Source: Octopus sinensis
Lineage: Eukaryota
NCBI RefSeq assembly: GCF_006345805.1
Contig: NC_042998.1
Location: 14,384,001 to 14,448,000 of the forward strand
Reading direction: 5' to 3'
DNA: 64,000 nucleotides
The position numbers and the translations under genes are program-made. The notes under the pieces are model-generated. The model had not been told where the DNA came from. It made no database searches and saw only the letters and a list, made by a program, of their open reading frames with translations. Shown here in pieces: positions 1 through 11,700 of the stretch; position 1 is the first letter of the stretch; each line of letters begins with the position of its first letter.

Positions 1-232
1 GAAGGGTGCCTTTCCTGACTGTCCTCGAATTGTCGGGTGGTTCAGTAATGATGGGATACCTGAGCTACCGCCGGGTGGTTACCCTACTACTGGGGAATTT
101 TCATTGTTATACTCTTCTTGTTTGGTATTATTGTTATTGTTTTGTGTGCTCGTTGTTTTGTGTAAAACCCTCACTGTTCACGTCTACTGTATTGTTCCCT
201 ATATGTCTGTCCTGGGGGCCAATAAAAGAAAT

Positions 233-790
233 TATTATTAGTATCATTCAGTAGTCTTATTTTTATCAAGTGCTTTCTCTGCACTACCGAACGCAGCTCT
301 CTGTGCCTTGGGTATGTGCTGTAGTTTGTTGCGGTGATCTTATTTTCACAGTATTGAAAGTGTTTCACGTAGGATGTGTGTAGTGGCTAGTAGTGCTATT
401 TTCTGTATGTTATATATATTTGCAAGTCCTAGTGTTTTTGTTATGTATTTGTCTGAATATTTTTTTAGCATACCTAATGCACCTACTATGATAGGAATTG
501 TTTCTGTTTTTAGGCTCCACATTCGAGTTACCTCTATTTCCAGATCTTTGAATTTTGAAAGTTTCTCCATTTCTTTTAGAGAAACATTGTCATCTGCTGG
601 TATTGATACATTAATTAGAAAGCATTTTTTCTTAGTAATCTCTGACAACTATATCCGGCTTATTGGCCTTAATTTCTCTATCTGTGTGTATTGGCATATC
701 CCAGATTATGGTTGCCTTCTCATTTTCCCTGACTTTTCCTTGGGTGTGCCTATACCATCTTTTTCTGTTGTTATTCCATAGTGTTGGTAT
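233..790 (-). mobile_element. 3' fragment of an R4/Dong-type non-LTR retrotransposon (restriction-like endonuclease domain, 3' UTR and short TAA tail), degenerate
   Basis: Minus-strand translation gives ATIIWDMPIHTDREIKANKPDIVVRD, then a frameshift, then KCFLINVSIPADDNVSLKEMEKLSKFKDLEIEVTRMWSLKTETIPIIVGALG (ORF 346-648). This is the PD-(D/E)xK RLE signature of R4-clade elements. The element ends in ...GAATGATAC followed by TAATAATAAT at about 233-243. Confidence 0.85.
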
Positions 791-972
791 AGCTGCCGCT
801 ACGTTCTGAGTTCAAATTCCGCTGAGGTCGACTTTGCCTTTCATCCTTTCGAGGTCGATTAAATGAGTACCAGTTACGCACTGGGGTCGATATAATCGAC
901 TTAATACCTATGTCTGTCCTTGTTTGTCCTCTCTGTGTTTAGCCCCTTGTGGGTAGTAAAGAAATAGGTATA
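789..972 (+). mobile_element. SINE family C (body with B-box GAGTTCAAATTCC and Meta-like core, tail 1), 5'-truncated
   Basis: ttctgagttcaaattccgctgaggtcgactttgcctttcatcctttcgaggtcgattaaatgagtaccag...gtagtaaagaaataggtat; dozens of related copies occur across the window. Confidence 0.9.
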
Positions 973-1080
973 GCTTCCACATTATTGTTATTACTATCCT
1001 TATTGTTATTATTGTTGCTGTTGTTGTTGGTAGTGGTGGTGGTGTTGATATTATTATTATTATTTTTATTATTATTATTA

Positions 1081-1123
<43 letters not shown>

Positions 1124-1677
1124 GAGTGAGAGAGCAGTGCATGCCATCAAAGTGACACTGGGGTAAAATATACGAAGCCCAATATACCCATCATGACTAC
1201 CCGTCTGATAAGGGTACACCAGGCACATGCATCACAACCATATGTGCGCGACATGGTGATCTCATATCAAGATAAACAGCACATGACCTTGCAGGTGGGG
1301 CCCAGTTAGAATTTTCTTCAGATCGAGTAACCCATCCCGCTCAAAAGGTCTCTGAATAAGGGTTGTTTAAGGACGTTGAACGAAACACCCATGTTTCCAG
1401 AGGTGAATTATTCAAACCCCAAAGAATCCTTCTCAACACATGGCTATGATGCTCCCCCACTACTTCTGCTCGTGATCAGAGATGCACATATCGTCAGCCA
1501 CTAAGGGGCATGCTCAACTGGTTAAGGTCAAACAACTGACAAGCAAATCTGTGGTATTGAGCAGAATATTTGCTGTAGCCCATCTTTTATACCAAGACAA
1601 AACAATGTACATGATAACACTTCCAATCAGTTAAGATCAGAAGCCATGAGAGCCACTGCCTGGTACTGCATCAGGGC
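1124..1677 (-). mobile_element. About 550-bp non-coding interspersed element embedded in (TAA)n, copy 1
   Basis: Highly similar full-length copy at 61420-61965. Both copies are flanked on each side by long (ATT)n tracts and end on the minus strand in ...CTCTCTCACTC(AAT)n. Confidence 0.85.
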
Positions 1678-1737
<60 letters not shown>

Positions 1738-2349
1738 TATTATTATTATTCATTTATTTATTTCATCATACTACTGTGAACTGGAACGGTTTTAACATAG
1801 ATTAGCTCAACGAAAGGTGATCCGTAATAAGAGTGGCAACAAGTATACACTGCCAGAATCAATTATAGGAGCAGACGAGTGGAAAGAATATAGAATTGTG
1901 TCATCATTAGAATATTTTTTATTAAATATAAAAATCTCTGAGTTAAATATTTTGTCTCTTGATGTTTTATTATTGCTACAATGTTCAATTTATTTTCTGT
2001 ATTTGTATAATTTTTTAAAACTTTCATAGCAAACATTTTGTTTCTCACAGACAAACATGAAACCATTCCCATTATTTACACAGGTCAAAAATTTCATCGG
2101 TCGTAACTGACACGAAAACCGCAAGTAAGGAATGAATAGAAAACTTATCGAAGTGTTGTACATGCAGTCCCTCTTGTGTGCACGCACACACGCACACACA
2201 CACACACATACATACATACACACACACAAATACACACATAAATACAAACACAAATAAACACGCACACACATACATACACACGGTCTCAATTCTCTCGTTT
2301 TCTCAATCTCAGCGAATAGATTTGTGTGTGTGCGTGTGTGTCTTTATTA

Positions 2350-2746
2350 AGGCGCAGGCGTAGCTGTGAGGTAAGATGCTTGTTTTCCAACCACGTGGTT
2401 CTGGGTTCAATCCCACTATGTGGCAACTTGGGCGAGTGTCTTCAACTATAGCCTCGGGCCGACCAAAGACTTGTGAGCGATTTTACTAAACGGAAACTGA
2501 AAGAAACCCATTGTATATATATGTGTGTGTGTGTATATGTGTGTATATTTGTATGTCTGTGTTTGTCCCACCACCATCACTTGGCAACCTATGTCGGAAT
2601 GCTTACTTCCCCGTAACTTAGCCGTTCGGCAAAACGGCCCGATAAGTACTAGACATACAAAGAATAAGTACTGGATTCGAATTGTTTGACTGAAGGCGGT
2701 GGTGCAGCAAGACCGCAGTCAAATGCCTGAAACTAGTAAAAGAATA
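2350..2746 (+). mobile_element. SINE family A (tRNA-like head aggcgcaggcgtggctgtgtggtaag, CR1-like 3' tail)
   Basis: Full-length copy with A/B-box-like head, internal microsatellite and tail ggcggtg..cagca(t)ggccgcagtcaaatg.ctgaaac. Other copies: 5925-6180(-), 15750-16178(+), 19975-20330(-), 29708-29850(-), 31620-31770(-), 56912-57308(-). Confidence 0.9.
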
Positions 2747-2795
2747 GATACATACATGTATGTGTGTGCGGAAATATATCTATATAATAATGTAT

Positions 2796-2958
2796 ATTCT
2801 CTTTTAGTGCCTTATAATTTAACACACCGGTGAAATTTCCACTTGTTTCCTTTTTATTTTTCTAAAATTTTCGTTGCGTCTTGCGACCTTTTCAAATAAG
2901 GAAATAAGTGGAAATGTTACCGGTGAGTGTGTTAAATTACAAGGCACTAAAAGAGAAT
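2796..2958. repeat. Palindromic element with about 55-60-bp inverted arms
   Basis: Left arm attctcttttagtgccttataatttaacacaccggtgaaatttccacttgtttcc; right arm ggaaataagtggaaatgttaccggtgagtgtgttaaattacaaggcactaaaagagaat. The right-arm sequence recurs at about 32505-32565. Confidence 0.8.
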
Positions 2959-3052
2959 GACTCTCCCCAGACACAACAGAATGTGCGTCAACACACGAAC
3001 TGACATAAAGAATCTTGCAAACCAACTCCAAAAACGAAATATATATATATTA

Positions 3053-3367
3053 TATCACTGTGATCACCGTGACCGACCAGGCTATCAGATGTTGTTACTC
3101 GTAGCTAGTCATATTGCGCTTCGCATTGTTTTAGCCTTCAAATGACGCCACCCCGCTGGCTAAGCGAGCAGGCCAACAGAAGAAAGAGTGAGAGAAAGTT
3201 GTGGTGAAAGAGTACAGCAGGGATCACAACCACCACCCTGCCGGTGACTCGTGGAGCTTTAGGTGTTTTCGCTCAATAAACACTCACAACGCCCGGTCTG
3301 GGAATCGAAACCGCGATCCTACGACCGCGAGTTCGCTGCCCTAACCACTGGGCCATTGCGCCTCCAC
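3053..3367 (-). mobile_element. SINE family B (tRNA-Arg-like head gtggaggcgcaatggcccagtggttagggcagcg), tail variant ending gtcacggtgatcacagtgata
   Basis: Head at 3367->3290 with A and B boxes. The same tail occurs at 6297-6445. Confidence 0.9.
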
Positions 3368-3570
<203 letters not shown>

Positions 3571-3849
3571 TGCTTCCCTTTTCCTGACTTTTTTGTGTAT
3601 ATGTAATTGGAAGTTTTGAGTATGAATGACAGAAATCGTATTATGTATGTTATCACATTTATAAAACAATATATTATTTTTAATTGTGGTAAGAAATTAG
3701 ATTATTATGATGTTTGCTAGCAGGTCCACAAGTGGAGCTTTCCGTGGTAGCTTCATTATTGTATGAATTCATATATTGCACTACAAACAACAAATATATA
3801 TAAATTAACAGAATCCAAGGTTGTGAAAGATTTAAAAACATTTATAAAT

Positions 3850-3902
3850 AGGTCTTACAGCTGTTTCCGGGATATTTTATATATCCCTTCATCGGAGGTT
3901 GT
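3850..3902 (-). ncRNA. Minimal type I hammerhead ribozyme motif (C3-C4 core variant), Penelope-associated, stem I degenerate
   Basis: Minus strand reads aacct CCGATGA A GGGATAT ataaa ATATCCC g GAAAC AGCT GTA agacc. Stem II is 7 bp, stem III is the palindrome ACAGCTGT, and the cleavage triplet is GUA. Confidence 0.7.
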
Positions 3903-4173
3903 GTGAGAGAATGGTTAAGCAATAGTTATTCTAGATAAGATATAAAATAGAGAGTGAAGTGAGGAATGAAAATAAACGTGAGATATGCAGGGATATTGTA
4001 TATGCATTTAGGCAGAATGGAATGCATATAAGATTCCTGTATGTTGTGAATAAACATTTAAAATCCTGTACGTTGTGAATAAGTATTGAATAGTATTTAA
4101 AATCGGTCATTCCGAGCATAGAGTTTGTAAACGGTGTTATTGAATCGAGGAGTTTTTTGAAGTGATTTATACT

Positions 4174-4256
4174 TGTAAGTCCTGGTGTTTTTGTTATATA
4201 TTTGTCTGAATGATTTTATTATTTTCATACCTAATGCACCTACAATAATAGGAATT
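4174..4256 (-). mobile_element. Second short R4-type RLE fragment
   Basis: Aligns with 421-500 (agtcct.gtgtttttgtta..tatttgtctgaat...catacctaatgcacctac..t.ataggaatt). Confidence 0.75.
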
Positions 4257-4989
4257 AATGTGTTTGTAAGGTCAAAATCAAAAACAGGAAGAGAGGAAAA
4301 AAGAAAAGAAAAGAAAAAACAGTGAAAAGAGAGATAATAAAGAAATGAAGAGAGTGTAAGTGTACTGGTTAGTGGTCAGTCAGGATAAATTGATAGAATG
4401 AATGGGGAGGTGAGGGTGATAGAGAGAGAAAGATATGACTGTGTAAAGAGATGAGAAGGTAAAGAGTAAAGGAGTATCAGGTAGAAGGAATGGGGGTGAG
4501 GTTGATAGAAAGAGAAAGATATGAGAATGTAAAGAGATGAGAGGGTAAAGATTAAAGGAGTGTCAGAGGGTGTCAGAGATTAAAGGAGTGTCAGAGATAG
4601 GGGTAGTAAAATGGTGGAATGAAGAATTTGGGAATATAGGTTAGGTTGCTTAAAGGACAGGTCAGTGCATTGTAGTAGAAGAATGTATATTACGCACACC
4701 CATATATTCGTGTATCTATGTATTATCACCCCTGCACACGCAGGTATATATACCTTGGGTGCATACATATACATACACACACATACACACAAATACACGC
4801 ACACGTACATACGTACGTAAGCAAACACATACAAATACAATTAAATGACTGTGATATTCAAGTATGAAAGAGGAATTAGATAGGGATTACGAGTTAAAAT
4901 GTAGATTTATAAGGTTATTGGGATTACCTAAGGGGTATTGTGGAAATATACTGTATGGTCATTTAGGCATTTGGATTTGTGGTAGAATT

Positions 4990-5400
4990 TAAATGTGTGA
5001 AAAAAGCGGTGGTTGCATGTGCTTAGTGTCTCATTATGTTTATTTAGCAGCGTTGAAGAGTTGTGCTTTCATATGTGAAGCGCCTGCTTCAGGCAAAGTT
5101 TGAAGGTTGAGCGTTGACCTCGGTAGGGAAGCCCTGAATCCAGTATGGACCATGATAAAGTATAGAGTATATCTGTATTTTTGAGATGATGTATGTAGTT
5201 AGCAAATGTTGTAAATTTACTGTGTTTATTGTATCTATAAGAATGGAAGTGAGCGGCATATCGTTGCTTAAAAGTTTTGTTTGTTCCTATGTATATGGCT
5301 GTAGAGTTGTGTAATAGATTAAAGACAGTGCATTTGTAAATCACATTATATCTTCTGCGATGGGTTTGTAACTGTGCGCTTCCAACTGATTAGGAATGCT
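4990..5400 (-). mobile_element. Penelope-like element, C-terminal GIY-YIG endonuclease remnant
   Basis: ORF 5069-5344 reads IYKCTV...IYIGTNKTFKQRYAAHFHSY...ANYIHHLK...WSILDSGLPY...KLCLKQALHI. It is followed out of frame by LLNKHNETLSTCNH, the typical PLE EN C-terminus. A hammerhead motif lies about 1.1 kb downstream. Confidence 0.85.
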
Positions 5401-5574
5401 TACATTTCCACTCTTCCATCACCATGGGACGTTTGGTACATATTTATGCATTTAATTGGATAATTAGTGAGTTGGAGAGTTACATATATAGATACATATC
5501 ATATTTTTGTTTAAGCAAGAAACCTTTTAAACAATGTGAAAAGTCTTGGACAAATTGTCTATTTACATGTATAT

Positions 5575-5900
5575 GGCGGCACGTGGCTTAGTGGTTAGGC
5601 TACGCACCTCAAGATTATATGGTCATGAGTTCAATTCCCGCTGATGGTTGTGTCCTTGAGCAAAACTCTTTAGTTCACGTTGCTCTAGTTCACTCAGCTG
5701 GCAAAAATGAGTAGTACCAGTATTTCAAATGGGCCAGACTTATCACACTCTGTATCGCGAAGGCTACCCCTAAGAACTACGTTAAGAATACACTTGCTTG
5801 CGGAGTACACAGCTACTTGCACGCTATTTTCACGAGCTGGCTGTTCCGTTGATCGGATCAACTGGGACACTCGACATCGTAATCGACGAAGTGCCGGTTT
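5575..5900 (+). mobile_element. Degenerate tRNA-headed SINE with CORE-like segment (gtgtccttgagcaaaac...) joined to the family B long tail
   Basis: Head ggcggcacgtggcttagtggttagg; tail gagaactacgttaag...tttcacgagctggctgttccgttgatcggatcaac matches 12990-13110. Confidence 0.75.
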
Positions 5901-6186
5901 ACATGTATTTAGATATATTTATATATATACTTTTATTTTCTTCAGTCATTTAATTGCGACCATGTTGGAGCACCGCCTTGACATGTTTCTTTTTCGAACA
6001 ATTCGATCTCAGGACTTATTTTTAAGCCTTGTGTTTGTTAAATACATTACGGGGTCATAAATACACCAACACCGGGGCTATAATAGAAAACACTAGTTCA
6101 AGGTGCCACGCAGTGTGACTGAACCCGGGACCATGAAGTTAAGAAGCAAGTTTCTTACAACACAGCCACACCTGCGCCTATATATG

Positions 6187-6221
<35 letters not shown>

Positions 6222-6453
6222 GATTTTAAACACCTCTAACTCATACCTGCATAATATCTCTCTCTCTCTATATATATATATATACATATATATATATCAC
6301 GGTGACCGACTAGGCTATCAGATGTTGCTACATATCGCTGGTCACAATGCGCTTCGCATTGTTTTAGCCTTCAAATGACGCCATCCCGCTGGCTAAGCAA
6401 GCAGGCCAACAGTGTGAAAGTGTGAAAGAAAGTTGTGGCGAAAGAGTATATAT

Positions 6454-6495
<42 letters not shown>

Positions 6496-7548
6496 TGTAT
6501 GTGTGTGTGTATACACACGTAGTAATCTTTCGACTGTCGCAGGTGTTACGTTACAAAAAAACAGCGATAGGTGAAAGTCCGCGAAATAGAAACAGTAATG
6601 TGCTGTATTTTTCTTTCTTTTTTTTGCATATATATTTCTTTTATAATAAATAGGAAAATAGGGATGAAAACATTCAATGTTCCACGTGTTCCACTGTTTA
6701 ATACCCAATTTTGTACAGAAAAAAGACCTTACGAATCATATGGGTATATATTAAATTTATAAGAATTAATAGAAAATGAAGATATACAATATACATATAT
6801 AATGTATAAGCGTGTATGAATTTCATTTGTGTGATGTATGTGTAGCATCATGAGAGTAAATGCTCATATACTCGAGGGAATGATGATACGAACGAACATG
6901 TATGTAAATGTATGTTGATGCTCATGCATTCATATTTACATGTATACGTTACGTGTGTTATTTAAAAAAGAAAACTCACCATAAAATCCTAAAATTTGAT
7001 ACATTTTTATGTAGCTTACCATAATCATTTAGTTATTATTTCCATCTGAAGTCATGGTTCTCTAAACTTGACTCACATTTTGTTGAATTTAAATTAAAAT
7101 AAAATAATCAAACCTTATTAATTTAATTATATTATCAAATTATAGTATAAAAAGGAGGAAAAAGCTGAAACATGCTCGGTTAGAGAGAGAAAAATATCTA
7201 TTTAGCCATGCAATATGGCTGACTTGCAATTAATTTGAAATTTTTACTTAAATATCCGGAATTGTGTATAAGACATTTTTATTGTTTTTCATTGTAGATA
7301 GACGTATTGCGTGTATGTATATGTATCAGTAAGTGTATATGTGATTATTGTACATTAATGAGAAGAGTGTGTATATAGCAGTGTAAATTGTACAGATATA
7401 TACATGCTTATACTATAGGCTTCTGTATATACATATATTAGCTTAGACTGTGTGTATAACGCAACATACGATATATAGAATGTCCTCTCACATCTAATTA
7501 TTCTCTTTTCTTTTCTAATTTGTCTTTTTCATGATGTTCTTCATCTTT

Positions 7549-7594
<46 letters not shown>

Positions 7595-8130
7595 GTTTCA
7601 TATTGTCTTTCTTTTTATTGTGTTATTCTGAGTACGTTTACTTGTGGAGATATATATATATATAAGTATATGTGTATATAAATATTACATATTTGTGTGT
7701 ATATATAATTATATGGGTATATACATAATATACATGTGTATGCGTGTTTCTGTGTGTATATATAAACACACTTACACACACATTCATGTATATATATATA
7801 TATGTGTGTGTGTATGTGAGCGTATGTGTGTGTGTATTATATTTGAGATTGTAATAACAGAGTGCGTGAGAGTGTTCAAATCATATAATTATATACATAC
7901 GTAAGTATAAATATATGCACACACACACATACACACACACACACACATAATCTTCCAAGATGTATTTGCACACGGTTACACACACAGATTTTTTATATTT
8001 ACATAATATATCTGTACACATAATGAAGTGGAGGTAGAAAAAGGTTGGGACAGCTTGAAGTGGCATATGTGTATGCGTATATACACACACACACACATAT
8101 ATATATACACACATATATATATATAGATAA

Positions 8131-8175
<45 letters not shown>

Positions 8176-8212
8176 TATATTATATATATACATATATATA
8201 TATATATATACA

Positions 8213-8288
<76 letters not shown>

Positions 8289-8360
8289 ATATACATATAT
8301 GCATAACTATATATACGTACAGAGACAACACGCGCACACACTCACTACACACACACACAC

Positions 8361-8396
<36 letters not shown>

Positions 8397-9234
8397 TATA
8401 GATATATATATATAGATAAGTATATATATATATATGTGTGTGTGTATTATATATGTATTATTAGAGTCCTTTCGTTTCAACTTCGTAACTTCATCAAATC
8501 AGTATGTCTTAATGTTTTATAATGTTTTCATATTTATCGTATTATATTTTTACTTTGTCTTTTTAGCATTGTTGCATTTTTCAAAAAATATATATATATT
8601 TTTTTTATTTGTGTGGCTTTGTGTGTGTGGACAGCTGTACGTACGCACGTATGTACGTCTCAACGTATGTACGTACGCACGTACGTACGTACGTATGTAT
8701 TTATCTATATACGGTGTATGTGTGTGTGAGAGAGAAAATGTTTTTGGTCTTAAACCATATTAAATCAACGTAGGTTCCTTTTGTTTACGTGGCTTGCTGC
8801 CAACTGTTTCATTATATTTAACACTGGCCCCCTTTATTTCCTTGTCCACATCATTTTATCTTTCAAATTTGCTGTCAGGCATTTCCTGTCCTCTGTCTCT
8901 ACTCAGCAAACCATAACATCTAAAACATCACTCAATATTTTCAACCAACCAATCAATACCGACTTCTTTTTTCCTTTTTTTCCCCGTTTTTAATGGAATT
9001 TATAGTATTCGAGACAAATTTACAGGACCCATTTAATTGGTAGCCAACCGCCAATCAGTTGGCAATAATTTCTGAAATACTAAAATTCATGTTGTTTTTT
9101 TCTATTTTCTTGTAGTTATTCCCAAAATACTTCTGATGGTACCACTTTATTTGTATTACCATTTCTTTAATGAAAATCACGAGCTCCACAACTCCTTACT
9201 TAAAATTTCATTATTCAATATCAATTAGTTACTA

Positions 9235-11700
9235 AAAGCAGCGAGCTGGCAGAACTGTTATGATACCGAGAAAAGAGCTTAACGGCATTTCGGCCGTCTT
9301 TAAGTTCTGAGTTCAAATTCCGCTCGAGGTCGATTTTGCTTTTTATCATTTCGGAGTCGATGAAACAAGTACCAGTTCAGCACTGGGGTCGATGTCATCG
9401 ACTTACCCCACTCTCTTAACTTCCTGCTCATGTGTTAAAATTTGAAGCCCAAATTAATTAGTTATGAGGCGGCGAGATGGCAGAATCGGTAGCATGCTGG
9501 ACAGAATGTATAGCGGCATTTCGTATGTCTCTAGGTTCTGAGTTCAAATTCCACTCGAGGTCGACTTTGCCTTTCATTCTTTCGGGGTTGATATATTAAG
9601 TACCAGTTTTGCATTTGGGTCGTTGTAATCGACTGGCCCCCCTCGCCCAAAATTTCGGGCCTTGTGCCTAGATTAGAAAAGATTTCTATTTTGTCTGTCT
9701 TTACGTTCTGTGTTCAAATCCCGCTGAGGTCGACTTTGCTGTTCATCCTTCCGGGGGTCGATAAATACCAGTTGCGTACTGGGGTCGATCTAATCGAAAG
9801 GCCTCCTCCTCCTCCAAAATTTCGGGCTTTGTGCCTAGAGTAGAAAAGAATATCAATTAGTCACGGAAGGCGGTGAGCTGGCATGAACGTTAGCACGTCT
9901 TGTGCCTAGAATAGAAAAGATTTCTATTTCGTCTGCCGTTACGTTCTGAGTTCAAATTCCGCCGAGGTCGACTTTGCCTTTCATCCTTTCAGGGTCGATA
10001 AATTAAGTAACAGTTACGAATTGGGGGCGATGTAATCAACTTAATCCGTTTGACTTTAGCGGCATTTCGCCCCTTTACGTTCTGAGTTCAAATTCCACCG
10101 AGGTCGAATTTGACTTTCATCATATCGGAGTCGATAAAATAAGTTCCAGTTTAACACTTGGGTCGATCTAATCGACTGACCCTTGCTCTCTGAACTTGCT
10201 ACCCGCGTGCCAAAATTTGAAACCAGTATTCGTTAGGTGTAGGCCGCTGAGTTGGCTGAATCATTAGCACGCTGGACAAAATGTTTAGCAGCATTTCGTC
10301 TGTCTCTAGGTTCTCATTTCAAATTCCGACCGAGGTCGACTTTGCCTCTCATCATCGGGGGCCGATGTCACCAACTTATTCCCCTCCCCAAAAAAGAACT
10401 GCTGGCCTTGTGCCAAAATCTGAAACTAATATTAATTGTATTGCGCAATGCTTGTTTCTCAGCGTGTACCTAAAACCTAGTAGGTAGCAGAATATGTTTT
10501 TCTACTCTATGCACAAAATTCCGAAAATTTTGAAGAGGCGGGGGCCAGTCGAATAGATCGACCCAAGTATGTAACTGATGCTTAATTTATCTACCCCGAA
10601 AGAATGAAAGACAAAGTCGACCTCGGTGGAATTTTCACTCAGAACGTAAAAACAGACGAAATACCTATTTCTTTACTAACCACAAAGGGCTAAACACAGA
10701 GGAGACAAACAAGGACAGGCAAACGGATTAAGTCGATTATATCGACCCCAGTGCATAACTCGTACTTATTTAATCGACCCCGAAAGGATGAAAGGCAAAG
10801 TCGACCTCGGCGGGAATTTGAAATCAGAACGTAACGGCAGACGAAATACGGCTACGCATTTCGCCCGGCGTGTTAACGTTTCTGCCAGCTCGCCGCCTTA
10901 GATTTCATTATTGATATTACTGCCGTATCAAGGCAGCGAGCAGGCAGAATCGTTAGTACGCAGAGCAGAATGCTTAGCGGCATTTTGTCCGTCATTACGT
11001 TCTGAATTCAAGTTTCGCTGATATTGACTTTTCCTTTCATTCTTTCAGGATTGATAAAATCAGTACCAGTTGAGCACTAGGGTCGATGTAATCGGCTTGC
11101 CCCCACCCCCAAAATTGCTGGCCTTGTACCAAAATTGAACGCAATATCATAGTGTATCAACGCAGCGATCGGGTAGAATGATCATCAAACAGAGTAAAAT
11201 GCTTGGTAGCGTTTTGTCCGTCTTTACGTTCTGAGTTCGAATTCCGCCGAAGTCGACTTTGCCTATTATCCTTTGGAGGTCGATAAAATAAGTACCAGTC
11301 GAGCACTTGTGTCGATCTAATCGACTTATCCCTTTCCCCAAATTGCTGGCCTTGTGCCAAATTTTAAAACCAATATTACGGATGTATTTATCCATGCCCT
11401 TGTGCATCCTGAGTTCAAATCTTCCCCAGAACAACTTTAGTTTTCAATCTTCCGGGGTCGATAAAATTAAAAACCCGTCAAGTACTAGAGGCGCAAGTGT
11501 ATATTTGTCCCTCCCCTCAGAACTGTTGGCCTTCTACCGAAATTAGAAACAATTATTAGGGCTGCATAATGGCACAATCGGTAGAACATCGGAGAAAATT
11601 CTAGGCAATTTTTCTTACACATCTCTATATCTCTCAGTAAGTTGACCACCGACCGAAGTCACTGTTACTTTTCACCTTCAGGGACCAATAAATTGAAGTA
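9235..11700. mobile_element. Dense cluster of about 12 family C SINE copies in both orientations
   Basis: B-box/core motif on + at about 9305, 9537, 9707, 9944, 10080, 10310, 11000, 11230, 11407 and 11640, and on - at about 10612-10645 and 10795-10830. Confidence 0.9.

Noticed and set aside
1124-1677. Considered whether the 550-bp element is a snRNA, snoRNA or HDV-ribozyme derivative
   Set aside because: No U1-U6, U3, 7SK or 7SL signature recognised, and no P1 partner for the 5' GCCCTGA could be found by eye.
1800-2029. Possible exon LAQRKVIRNKSGNKYTLPESIIGADEWKEYRIVSSLE after ttttaacatag
   Set aside because: No clear donor, and the frame decays into AT-rich low-complexity sequence.
9235-11700. 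Regularly recurring 30-40-bp motif resembling a CRISPR array
   Set aside because: The spacers are homologous SINE parts, orientations are mixed, the context is eukaryotic, and no cas genes are present.
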